From Moniliella sp. 'wahieum' (taxonomy: Eukaryota), in assembly GCA_003971905.1 (NCBI GenBank), contig RSEE01000004.1:434001-498000 (forward strand): a DNA stretch of 64,000 nucleotides, given 5' to 3'. The position numbers and the translations under genes were made by a program. Positions 1-12,016 of this stretch are shown here, in pieces. Below the pieces are notes generated by a model that saw nothing but the letters and a program-made list of their open reading frames with translations, was not told where the DNA came from and made no database searches. Within the stretch, counting starts at the first letter, position 1. Each line of letters opens with the position of its first letter.

Positions 1-1071
1 GCAGACAGATCGGGCGCAAAGGCAATCCGAATGCGGACCACCGGCTTCCAGTGCAAGGTGCCAGCTACCGGAGCCACGTAAAACTCAACTTCGACAAGCA
101 TCCCCCCAGCCAAGGTGAGCGTTTGACTCAGTTGGGCCTGCCTTTCCCCTTCCTCTCCAACGGAGGACAAAGTCATTTTCTCCTCCAAATGCTCAAGTCC
201 CATGGGTTGCTTGAGCAACGATCCGATCAGACAGGCTGGCCAGCAGGGCTGCAACCTCTGTCCCCCCCTTATGGGAGGTGGTGTGTTGCTTACCCCTGCT
301 CAATGTGTCGAGAGAACGGGTGAGCGACATGAACTCGACCAAAGCAGGGGAAGAAAACAGATTGGCTTTCTCAGCTTCTGCCTCCTTCTCATCGCCAGGC
401 GCAACGGAAACAGAGGCTGACGCGGGTGAACTGGTACTGGTGTTGAAGAGGCTCACCGCTCCCACCCCATCACGATTGTTTGCAGAGGGGGTGGCGCGGT
501 CGGTTTCCAAGATCAAAGGCCGTACCAGGGTGGAAGCCGTGGCGCTATCGGCGCCAGCTTCTTGCAACAGCAACGCCAGCCGATCACGTCCGCCCGGATC
601 GGTTGGAAGGGTAGCAACGGCTGAGGCAGTAACAGGGGAGGAAGGCTTGTGCTGTGTGCTGCAAGCGCCTGTCCAACAGACCAGAGCGTGTCCTGAACCA
701 TAGCCCGTGTTAGCGGTGGGGCCGCTGCCCCCAGCCTATCAAGGCTGTTGGTAGAACCGGAACCCAAGGCTGCACTGGCGCCCAGTCGCTCAGCGGTACG
801 ACCATCAAAGGGATGCATGTAGACGCCTGGGCTTCGCGTCCGACCGGTCTCTTCGTCTGCCCGAGAGGGAAGGAGCGCTTCGACGCTCAACTGCAATGCA
901 GCCAACTTGGCATACACCGAGGGCGCCTCCACCAGGCTGGCGTCCGCCTGCGGCGGTGGCGGCAACAACTGGGGCGGGACAAGGGGTTGGAGGTGGAAGT
1001 GAGAGCAAGCACCCCTTCCATTCCGTCCGGCACAGCGGTGCCAGTGCCGGAAGATCCTCGTTCAAGGCCAT
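1..1071 (-). CDS. Probable Mediator subunit Med1-like protein (runs off the window start; frameshifted)
   Basis: Chained minus-strand ORFs (805-1188, 513-968, 193-573) continue near 1-200 as ...SQTLTLAGGMLVEVEFY...VVRIRIAF, which resembles the fungal Med1 'TLxIAGxxxxxDIDF' segment. The start at ATG 1071 (MALNEDLP) is a guess. Confidence 0.4.
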
Positions 1072-1317
1072 GCTGCCCTGCACGCCAGAAGGGTGGTGGT
1101 GACGAGGAATACGGTGCTGGCAATGTTTCTTCGCACGGCCACTGTGCGCTGATGGAGACGCGATTGCCGCCTGCCTTGTCTGTTTCATCTGGGCGCTGCG
1201 AAATTAAAATCGGGGCAATTGTTATTGATGCCCCGCTATGCACTATGGAAACTTCGGCGCTCTAGCTTCAGCAGGGCGATTACATCCTGCCAGCCCAGCT
1301 GTCCAATACGCTCCATT

Positions 1318-2545
1318 CTATTCTTCCCCCTCATGGGTCTCCAGCCACTGACCGAACGCCTCTGTCCGAGCTTGCTCCTCTTGCCTCCTCCTCTTCGTTG
1401 GCTCCACCTCGGATGCCCGAACGACGAAACTTGGGCCGAACGGCGGTGGTAATGTAGGCTTCGACTTTACGTTTGTCAAACCAGCGACCGTCCATCTTGT
1501 CCACGCAGAGCTGCGCGGCCTCGGTCGTAGTAAAGCGCACACTCATCACGCCTTCCTCTTCCTTGTCGTAGATGATCACGTTGGTTACTGCACCGACGGC
1601 TGTAATGTCTCACACTCTTCTCGCACGTCCGTCTTCAGGTCGAGGAGCAGTGCTGGATCGGACTCCAACTCGGCGAGCGTAAACATGTGCTTGAGCACCA
1701 CGGTCCTCCCACCAGCCTCGGCAGGTGTAACGACTGCATACGACTGGCCTGTTGGGTCAGAAATCACCTCCTCGTCCGAATCCCAATCGTTCACTTTCCT
1801 AGACACAGACGAGTTGGTTAGAGACGATAAACTTGGCACAGAGCAGAAGACGCACTCGTTCAAGCGCTTGTTGCGGTCCTTGATGCGTTGTTTTTCTTCC
1901 TCCGTTCGTTGCTTGGGAGCAGGTGGTTGCCCTCCTTCTACCGAAGGGGCTGGCGCCTCCTTAAATTGGGCGCGTTCAACATTCATCAAGGGCTTGCTCG
2001 TCCCCACCCGAAGCGGGCTTTGGTCCAACACGGTAATGGCCAGCTCGACACTTTCCGGTCGAAAGTAGGTCACCAAAGCCTCCCCTTTGAACTGACCTTG
2101 GTCGTCGTAGTAGAGTTTCACCCTCGTTTCCCCGGTTCGTCCTCCACAAAACCCCGTACCGGCCAAACACATCAGCCACCTCCGACACTCACATCCGACG
2201 GCAAGCCCGAGATGAAGACAGAGCTACAGGGCGGCTTGGAATCCCCGGCTTGGGTTTCTTTGTGCTGCCTTGTCTTTGGAGGAGCGCTTGCGTTTGTTGG
2301 TCGCCTCGGGTGGACTGACCTCCTCGGGCGCTGGCACCCAGGATTGCCGTTGTTCGTCCCATTCCAGGGTCGGCTCGTCAGAGCCTGCCAACGGCTCGTA
2401 AATCCACTTGCCACTGACTTGGTCAAAACACGCGTGGGTCAGACTCGAACGCGGCAGCGGCAGTGGCAGTGACAGTGACACTGGCGGCGGAAGCGGCGGT
2501 GGAAGCGGGAGGATGGGCTGGCACCGGGCTGGGCGCTGGACTCAT
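1318..2545 (-). CDS. CUS2: U2 snRNP-associated splicing factor Cus2/Tat-SF1 (two RRM/UHM domains)
   Basis: Motifs SSVFISGLP, VKLYYDDQGQFKGEALVTYFRPESVELAI, TVVLKHMFTLAEL..LLLDLKTDVREEC and MDGRWFDKRKVEA. There is one intron near 1800-1855 and several frameshifts. Confidence 0.9.
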
Positions 2546-2750
2546 GGTCGTTGGTGGGCAAGCGGGGTTGTCAAGCGATGGGGAAGCGGTTAAGCGTTAA
2601 GCGCGAAGCTGGCAGCACCAAAACACAACAGCTGCTCGCTGCCCCCGTGTCCCATCCGACAACGCACGCCCCCTCAGTTCACCATCCAATTCGGTCAACC
2701 CATTCAGAAGCGGACAGCGGCTGGCGGGGCGGCTGCTGGGCGGAAGATGT

Positions 2751-2759
2751 ATGAGTCAT
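2751..2759. promoter_or_regulatory. Consensus Gcn4/CpcA (AP-1) site ATGAGTCAT in the CUS2-RIO1 divergent promoter
   Basis: Exact 9-bp consensus in the ~385-bp bidirectional intergenic region. Function is not demonstrated. Confidence 0.35.
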
Positions 2760-2929
2760 GCATGAGAGTGGCGGAAATGTTTTTCCGCTCTTTTTTCACC
2801 CACGCAGTGAATAAATTACTGAGGGGTGCCACGGTCGGTTGAAGGCCCAAACCTTTGAGGTTAAACGTTGAAGCGCTTGAAAAGCTTGAGGCCGCAAGGT
2901 GGGTTCTTCACCTCCAAGTCAGCACCGCC

Positions 2930-5064
2930 ATGGCCGTCTCGGCACCCTCACCGCCCCCGCCACTTCAGGAGCCCCCAATTGCAGAGGCCACATACGCTGC
3001 GGAAGCGTCGTACTCTGACGAGGACGAATACTACGACGAGGACGACCAAGTGGGACATGTCGAAGATGCCGACTGGGATCTGCGCACGGCGACTTTACCA
3101 AGGCATTTAACCGCGCACGCCAGGCCGACGCGCCCTCCGCGTCCGGCACCGGCTCCTCCGTAGCTAGGGGACTTCCTCTTCGTCCGCCTCGGCCGTGCCT
3201 GCGGCTGCGGCGCCGCTTCCCGCGATGAACGTTAAGCACAGGCGGCCCGATCCCCCGCCCAGCTGACCGGAGAAGGAAAGCAGCTGGCTGACCTGTCGAA
3301 CCGGCTTGCGTCTTTGGCTGCCGGCGACAAACCGGATGCGTCTACGTACGATGTTTCTCAATCTGTTGGCGGTCAACGGGCCGGTCGGCGGTGCCCCGCA
3401 GGCCGGTGACGCGGCGGCCTCGGCGAGCGGGGCAAGGCGAAAAGACAAGTCCGATCGTGCAACCCACCAAGCCGTCTTTGATCCTCGCACCTTGCTCATC
3501 ATCTACAAGATGATTCAGTCTGGGCTGCTGGGAGAAGTGCATGGCGTCGTTTCGACCGGCAAAGAGGCCAATGTGTACCACGCGTACGAGGGTCCCCCGA
3601 TGAGGAAGGCAAGCCGATTCCCGTTCCGGTTTATGGCAGCGCCCCGCTCGGAGGGACGGTGCACACTCTGGAGGAAGGTGCTGACCCGCCCCGCGGCTTG
3701 GCACTCAAGGTGTACAAGACGGCCCAGCTTTCATTTAAGGATCGTGGGATTTACACAAAAGGACACACGTTTTGAGCATGGGTACCAAGGCAACAATTCT
3801 CGTAAGATGGTAAGCCAATGGGCCAGCAAAGAAGATCGCAATCTACGCCGCCTGTCTGCTGCTGGCTTACGGGCCCCGAAAGTGGTGGAGCACAAGGACA
3901 ATGTGCTGGTGATGGATTTCCTGGGCAACCGGCAAGGATGGGCGTCGCCTCGTCTTCGCGACGCCGAGGCGGCGATCGATATGGAGGAGGAGGCACGGGC
4001 CAACGACGACGAGCTGGCTCCTTCACGTTGGACAGAACTCTATGCAGAGCTGCTTGCCTCGGTCCGGATTATGTACCAGCAATGTCGTCTGGTCCATGCC
4101 GACCTGAGCGAGTACAATATTCTCTACCACGAGGGGCATTTGTGGATTATCGATGTCAGTCAAAGTGTCCAGCACGACCACGAATCTGCCTTTGACTTTT
4201 TGAGGCACGATCTCGAGCACGTCGATCGTTATTTCGCCCGGCACGGCGTCCCCGTGTTGGGCTTGCGCCGCACCTTTGACTTTGTCATTTCTGAGCCCGC
4301 CCAGCCGGCGCGGCGACGCAAAGGTGGTGGTCAAGCTGGTCTGGCCCAGCACATGGGGGGGACCATGCTCATGAAGAGGCCATGTTGGACCGGGTGGGCG
4401 ACGGCTCGATCCCCGGAACCACTCCCACCACCACCGTAACCCACATGGGAGGAGAGACGGAATCCGAGTTGATGCGCACCATCTTGGGATTGGTCCGCAA
4501 AAAACAGCTCAAGGCATTGGCCAAGGCCGAGGATCGGCGTACCATGCCATCTCCTCCGGCAGGAGCTCCTGCTTCCGAGAATGTGCACGCTGAACCTGAG
4601 CCGAACTACGAGGAGGACGCAGCTGTGGAGGACGCAGTCTTCAAGTCGACGTACATTCCCCGCACATTGGACGACGTTTACGATGCCGAGCGAGACGCCG
4701 ACCTGGTCATGGCTGGCCATGCTGACCAATTGGTATATGCCAAGGTGACGGGCCTGGACGTGGCGGTGCGCAAGGCCGACGAACGGGCGGAGGAAGCAAT
4801 GATGAGAACAAGGATGGGGATGAGGTAGCGGGGGAGCATGAGTGGGATCCTCCTATCGACGACGTGGATGAAGGAGAAGAGAGCGACTCATCCGACTCGG
4901 AACAAGGGCCAAAGAAACCTCGTGGTCACCGTCATGAAGACAGGGACGCCAAGAAGGAGCGAAAGCAGGCTGCCAAAGAGGAAAAGAGGGAGAAACGCAA
5001 GACCAAGATGCCCAAGAAGGACAAGAAGGCCCGTGTTAAGAAAACGGCCGGGACGAAACGTTAG
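2930..5064 (+). CDS. RIO1: Atypical serine/threonine kinase Rio1 (40S maturation)
   Basis: Motifs DKSDRAT..VFDPRT, VSTGKEANVYHA, LVHADLSEYNILY, IIDVSQSV and FKSTYIPRTL, followed by a Lys-rich C-terminus. Several frameshifts. Confidence 0.95.
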
Positions 5065-6979
5065 TCCGGGTACAGTGCTGATCACCATTATATCGATTTT
5101 CGCTGTTAAATGACATCTGTATTGGATGTCAGTCTGCTCTTGGCCCGGAAACATGAAAGTGAAGATGGAAAGGCATGAAGGTGTCGCCGTGGATGATGGC
5201 TAGCCTACAACTGCTGCCGAGAATACATTGGGGGTAATTGAGTCTGCCGGTGTGAATGGACGGTAAGTATAATAGCGGGGAAAGAAAGCAGTTACAAAAC
5301 AGCATCGTTGGTACGGTCGGACTGAGGCGGTGACAACAACATAAAAAAAGGAATGTGAAGGCGAGAACAACAAAGGCGGACGGATACACTAGTGAGGCGG
5401 GAAAGCGAGAAGGTAGAGAGCTGCTGGGAACAGTGCGAAAACACGTTTCTTTCTCGATTATATCGACGATCATCAGTCCCCCTCGACAAACATATGCACA
5501 CCCTCCCCCTTGCCTTGGCAAGCTTTTACAGTCAGAGGACAGCAAAGAAGAGCCTGTCCAGGCTAGGAGTTGAATCTGGCTTGTTGCCTATAGAGGTTGA
5601 TTCGTACAGGCCACTGGGCGGTGCCCTACCAACGAGAGGATTCGCGTAGCTATAGCGCTTGATCGCATGATTGCTGGTCACGTGCCGCGGAGGATGGTGA
5701 AATTGTGTTACGTAATCCGATTTTGACCTCCGCCGTCTCGTTGAACAATTCGACTTGCAGGTGGCGTCTTCGCTTGAGTTGGAGCAACACACCGTCTGTC
5801 CCAACACGCCACGGTCGAGCGCGCACCAACGCATGGCGGCGGTGGTGGTAATACGTGGCTTCTGCTGCCATGATCGGCATTCAATAAGCAGCACGCAGTT
5901 TGAGACTAACGGGTAATGATTAACGAACTGTGCCCAGAGTACTAAGTTATACCGAGTGTCCTGTGTATACTCGGTACTGACTGCGAGGCGAGACTCACGT
6001 ACAGGATGGTGTACTGGGGTCGTGCTTCGAGGCCAGCGCTTATTAGTGCGCACGCCGACGATCATCGCCTGATAGATAGCGTGGGCGACGGCAATCGCTC
6101 CGCCGATGATCGATGAAGCTTGAAGCTTGAAGATGAAGACAAGGGGGGTCGATGAAGCCATGAAGGCATAGGGCGTGCTGCCGGTAGAGGTGCCTGTAGG
6201 AGTCACCTAGTCGCCCCGTCCATATGTGCTGCTCCGGGCAAGCAAGCGCCTGGGCAGCGCAGCGCAAGTGTGCGCTCGTGCGCGCTCGCGTGCCTTATCG
6301 GGGGGCAGAGCCAAGTGCGCGAAGCACCGCACAGCACTGCTCTTTTGTGGCGGGTACTGACGCGTGCCAGGCTGACGCGCTGGCGCAGTGCCCAGCACGC
6401 GCAGCCGCCACTCAGTACTCAACCATCCTACGCTGCGGCGGGCGATTGTCGATTGGAGGCCATTGGCCATACCATTGCATTGTCCCTGTGCAAGAGCCGG
6501 TGGGCGTGCAGAGTGGACGGGTGCCAGGCGTAGCCGGTGCCGCGTAGCCGTGGTGAGTACTGAGTAGGGTACTGAGTACGAGGGCGGCGTGCTGCGTTCT
6601 GGGACATGGAGCACGCACCGCGCGCGCATGGCCCCGCGGTTTAGCGCCTGCCCAGCGCCTGCCCAGCGCTTGCCCCCCGGCAGCAGGCCTGCCGCTGCCC
6701 CTGCGGGCCTCCCAGACCCAGCAAGAGGGGTGTGGTGCCTCACCCGGGCGCTCTGGCGCTGTGGCCCCCACAACACACACTGTTCCTGCGTCGCTGCCGC
6801 TCCGCTGCCAAGCCCCCGCGCACAGGGCCAGTGTCCCGCACCACCTCACGCTACGGTGCACCCGCGCGCGCCGCGGCAATTCGTATATAACCACCTCAGC
6901 CTTGGGCCAATGAGCAGAGCGGCTTGGTGCTCTTGCCTACCGTCCGCCTGCCCCCCTCCCACCGCCTCCGTCCACTACC

Positions 6980-8311
6980 ATGGCTGACACTACCTCTCCC
7001 GCTGTCGAGGCCCCCAAGGTCGAGCCCGTTGCTGCTGTGAGCATTCTTCATCGTCCGCATGGGGCTTGGGCAGCCACCTGCCCAGTGCCCGCAGACCCCT
7101 GTCGAGGCCTTGTCTCTGACCAATTTTCCCTTCCCTACAGCAGGTGGAAGCCGCCGCGCCGGCCCCTGAGGTGACCACTGCAGTCGAGCCCATCGACCCG
7201 GACGCTGCCGAGCCCACGTTCGAGCCACCTACTGAGCAGCCCACCACATCGGAGGCTCCGGCCAAGGAGGCGAGCAAACCGGAGACCCCAGCTGAGGCGC
7301 CTGCCGAGGAGGCCAAGGAGACCCTTTCCGAGGAACCCAAGAAGGAAGAGAAGCCGGCTTCAGCTCCCGCTCCTGCCAAGGTACGTGCTCACACACTTAC
7401 CTCATGAAGGATTAAAATACTGACGTCGTTACCATGGCAGGCCAAAAGGAGAAACGCGCTTCCTTTATTCAACGCGTGTTCACTCTTGGCAAGAAGGAAA
7501 AGAAGGAGCCAGTGAAGGAGCAACCTAAGAAGGTTGTCTCCAAGGAAGAGGCCAAGAAGGTGGAACCCACGAAGGAGCCCAAGGAAACCCCCGTCAAAGA
7601 AGAGGGCCCTAAGGAGCCCAAGACCGAGGAGCCCGTTTCGGAAGAGGCTACTCCCGCAGCTGAGCCCGTCCCCAAAGAAACCAAGCCTGAGGAAGAGTCC
7701 AAGGTCGAGGAGACTGTCAAGGAAGAGGCTGCTCCTGCCGAGGAACCCAAGGCCGAGGAGCCCACGGCCGAGGAGCCCAAGGCCGAGGAACCCAAGGCTG
7801 AGGAGCCTAAGGTTGAGGAGCCCAAGGTTGAGGAGCCCAAGGCGGAAAAGCCGACGGAAGAGCCTAAGGCCGAAGAAACCCCCAAGGAGGATGCTCCTAA
7901 GGCGACGGAAGCCCCTAAGGTTGCGCCCAAGCCCAAGGAGGAACCCAAGCCTGCCGAGAAGCCAAAGCACGGCCGTCACCTGAGCCTTAAGGGGTTCAAG
8001 TTGGGTAAGTTCTTTGAGAAATTCAATAGCGACAAGAAGACGCCGAAGCCCGCGCCGTTCCTGAAAAGCCCAAGGCCGAAGCTGCCAAGAAAGAGGTCAA
8101 GGCTGAGGAGCCTAAGAAGGCGGAAGTGCCTGTCGCTGAAGAAGCCAAGCCGGCTGAGGAGGCCAAGCCGGCTGAGGAGGCTACACCGGCCGTGGAGACA
8201 AAGGCGGAAGAGCCTGCCATCGAGGCTTCGGCTGCTGCCGAGGAGGCTGCACCCGCCGAGACTGCAGCTGAGGCGCCCAAGGTTGAGGCTGCTGCGGAGG
8301 AAGCCAAGTAA
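6980..8311 (+). CDS. Glu/Lys/Pro/Ala-rich disordered protein with (A/V)EEPK repeats
   Basis: ATG 6980; introns 7037-7140 or 7143 (GTGAGC..CTGAC..CAG) and 7381-7440 (GTACGT..CTGAC..CAG). Strong codon bias, one frameshift near 8060, stop TAA 8309-8311. Confidence 0.8.
7735..7880 (+). repeat. 15-bp coding tandem repeat encoding (A/V)EEPK
   Basis: About 7-9 imperfect copies of GCCGAGGAGCCCAAG-like units. Confidence 0.85.
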
Positions 8312-10362
8312 CCTTGCCGCATGTGCTAGCAATACCTGGCCTGTCCCCGTCCGCTTGGCTGGCGCGGGGCATGCGGTCGAATAACTCTTTTCTCGGGGTT
8401 GTCAAACGGCAAATGCGCGAGGTTTTTTCTTCGTATAAACTTCGCTCGTTTGTTCCCTATACCAAACCCGTGATCTCGCTATACCACGTTCTTCTACCCC
8501 CGTCCGTCTTACCACTATAACCCTCGCCATTGTCCCCCACACACTTTTATCCCCCGGCGCTTGTTCTTTGTTTACGCGTTTACGCTTCTGTTCTTCTTTA
8601 CACTGCCGAAACTTTGATGTGATGACCACGAAGTATAACTCTTGATAGTCTCGGAACTACACGCGGGAGGCTAACGTATTCTCATAGACAGCCAGTGGCC
8701 ATATTGTTCCTATTGGAAGAGAGGCAAGAGCTCTGTCACACATATTTCAGGTAGGACACATTTCCCCCCGTGCTAATCTTGTTTGATGCTCAGGCTGAGC
8801 GCTCAGCCTTCCCATGGAGGTTAGGGTTTTCTTTGCGAGACGTGCTAAGGAGGAAATGTCATGTGAGACCGCATCGTCGTGCTCTACTATAGGTAGAGGT
8901 TGAACTGGTACCTCCATCTGAAGGTCAACAACGCCAATGTGCTGCTGAATGTTTGCCTAGAAGCTGGAACTGCTCCGGGCGATCCAAAAAGGGGTCCGCC
9001 CGGGATCGAACCGAGGACCACCTCTACGAGTTGAATACCCTAAAGAGGCATGATACCACTACACCACGAACCCACGTTGCAAGACGCTGGCGCATTGAAG
9101 TCAAACGCATCCAACAGTTGAGTTTTTTGAAAGACAGACAATGGTATGATGGGGGCTTTTGTTGCTACACACAGACGGGATAAGAAGTAGTAACCACTCT
9201 CTCACAGAGTCCTGAACTTTAACATACTGTCTGTGAACCAATGACTCTTGGACTGTAAGCACACGGTTGCTGTGGGCGGATGGAATGGACGAACTGGTGT
9301 TGGCTAGTGGGAAGATGGGCGATAAAAAACACGCAAGGGCTGTGTTGGCGTATAGTACTCCGAAATGGGAGGGTGCACGCTGGATCTGTTCACGGCATGG
9401 GCCATGCAGAGATGAAGGCGTGGGGATGTTTGAGATTGCCAGGATGACCAAACTGAATGTGGCGTAAGACTTGCACATTATGTGTGTCCCCAGACGCGAT
9501 AGGAGTGGGACTCAAAGGAGGAGAGAGACATTCGAAAAAAGGACATTCGACAGCGTCGTCGGCTAATTTGAGACCGGAGCATGGCGCCTGTGTGGGTGGG
9601 CAGGGTCGCCTAAACGATGAACACAGCCCCCCTGCGCTATCGGGGGGGCCGCGGATGCAACGGCGGGGGCGGGTGTCAGTACTCAGTGTCCCCGCCCCAC
9701 GTCGCTCGCTGAGCAAGCCATAGGCACGGGGCTTGTGCTGGACGAGCGCCCTGGCTCGCCCCCTCCGACCCTCTCCGACCAAGGGAGGATTGCGCAAGTG
9801 CGAGCCAGCGGGGGCACCAGCACATTGGTTGGCAGAGGCATGCGAGATCGGAGCTTCTGAGATTGAAGATCTGAGCGCACCGGCCATCCGAGCGAACGTC
9901 GCTCGTCTCCCCTCCACCCCCTTCCACCACCATCATCATGCATCTCATTAATCAACTTTGCGCCCGTCGTACGGTCCGCGTCACGCGCCAGCGCCCACGC
10001 CGAGCGAGGAGTGGCGGAGATGCCCTCCTTCGCTGCTCTCGCGCTCCCCCCCGGCCCAGAGGTGATTATGTCCAAAAATGGTTAGAGGGGACCCAATGAA
10101 TCAGCTGTGGGCAAACGGAATGCGTGCTCTTAATTTGTTGTTCAAGTATATAAGCCCCCTCATCTCCATCCCACGGACCATTTTTCTTCTCTCCACCCTC
10201 ACCTCCTGTTTACCTGTGCATTTCCTTTGGCCGGTCCAAAGACTTTTATCGTGCACTCCTCCCTCGTTCTTGGTCCTGCACCATCACTTCCGTTGCCCAC
10301 ACCTTTCCTTTTTTTACGAACACCCCTTTCGCTTTCTTTTCTTTTTCTTTTTGCCTAACACA

Positions 10363-11067
10363 ATGGTTTCTCTCACCAAGCTTTCCTTTTTCTTGGCCTC
10401 TGTCACTGCCTTGGCAAACGCAGGACGCCCCGCAGGCCAGCGCTCTGTCCGCCGGGAACACATGCAGCTTGCCCGCGGCGGGTCGGGATCGGGCTCTGGC
10501 TCTGGCTCTGGCTCGAGCGGCGGTTCGGGCGGTGCTGGTCGGGCTACGTTTTTCCAAGTTGGCTTGGGTATGTCTCCTCTGTGGTCTGCTGTCTTTTTTT
10601 GTTTCGTTCCTCTCGGATGGGAAAGTGCTGACTCGCCCCCAACCCCAGGCGCGTGCGGCTGGAACTCCAAGCCAACGGATAAAGTGGTTGCGATCAGCAG
10701 TTCGCGCTATGGCAACACGGGGTCCAAGTCCAGTTGGTGTGGCAAGCAGCTCAAGATCACCAACAACAACACCCACCAGACCGAGGTGGCCACCGTGGTG
10801 GATGCTTGCCCCTCGTGCCCGAGTGGCGGCGACCTAGACATGTCGCACAGCCTCTTTGGCGCGTTGAGCAACAACAACTTCAACGAAGGGTACGTGGTTG
10901 AATTCCCGCCGTGGGATGGGCGATGAGCAATGAGCGATGAACGCAGTGGTCGCTCTTCGGTCGGTTCCGTTTGGGATCGTGCTTGTCCTGAATTCGATGC
11001 TAACTGATTTTGTGATGTTTCGCGGCCTCTTTGCAGCGAGTTCCAAATGAGCTGGACCTTGGCCTAA
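10363..11067 (+). CDS. Secreted expansin-like / RlpA double-psi beta-barrel (loosenin/barwin-like) protein
   Basis: Signal peptide MVSLTKLSFFLASVTALANA, GS linker, then GRATFFQVGLGACG, VVAISS, CGKQLKIT and VVDACPSC..GDLDMS. Introns 10568-10648 and 10890-11036 splice in frame to EFQMSWTLA*. TATATAA lies near 10148. Confidence 0.9.
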
Positions 11068-12016
11068 ACTCCACACTGTGAAAACCAGCGGTCGTGTGGG
11101 TTGGCTTTAACCAACAGAGTGGTTGGTGGACCCACGAAGGCCACAAGGCGTAGGGATGCCAGCCTTCTGATGGGGCGTAGCTAATGCCACCACTCCTTTT
11201 TTTTTCTAGGAATTGCGCGCCTTGCTGGCCAGGGCCAAATTGTATCTTGGGTGTCAAATCAGTTATTCTTTGGAGGTGTTCAAGGTCCAAGTCTTCAGTC
11301 CTGGCCCTGTGCACTAAGTGCGTGAGCGCATGAGTTTCTCGTAGCTTTTGTGAATCACTCGAGCTCTGAACCCCTTATTGGTTTGGTGTTGTTGAATGTC
11401 GCTCTTTCAACTTGATCATCGTATGTTTTGGAGCTCAGTAGCAGCCCTGCCTCAGGCCTCAGGCCAGATCGTGTGGTGCCGCGATGTAGCTGGTGTCAGA
11501 TAAAGGTTGCCCTGCCCAGCAAGACAAGAGCGTCAACAGCGTGACTAAAAGGCATGGCAACTGCGACGGGAACAGGATGAGTCGATGAGGCCTGAGGACG
11601 CGGGAGGAAAAAACGGGATGGCATAGAGGAAATATAGATTGGAAACGTGCTCAGAGGGCAAAAGCGGTATAAAGGGGCAAAGGGGCCTAGTTCAGTGGGG
11701 AAGGAGGGGCGGGGGGGGGGCAATGTCGGTCGGTGTCACAGCAGGCCTGAAGCCCAAACAAGCATCAAGTTCTGGGCCAAGCCCAGTCAAGTCAAAAGCG
11801 AAAAGGAAAGTGTGGAGGGTGGGTCGTGAACGATGGCATGGGCACAAAAGAGTCAAGTGAAAGGGTCAAGTGGAAGGAGGCGGCTGGGGCGGTCGGGGTC
11901 TTAAGCTCGGAGCCGGACGGGGAGAGCGCGTACAGCAAGGAAATCAGGTCACACCAGGTAGGGCATGTACCAGATGGAGGGCGTAGCAGTCGTTGTACGG
12001 GACAAGGCAGGGTGCC

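Noticed and set aside
10890..11036. Intronic C/D snoRNA in the longer expansin intron
   Set aside because: There is no canonical RUGAUGA box upstream of the CTGA, and I could not recognise an rRNA-complementary guide.
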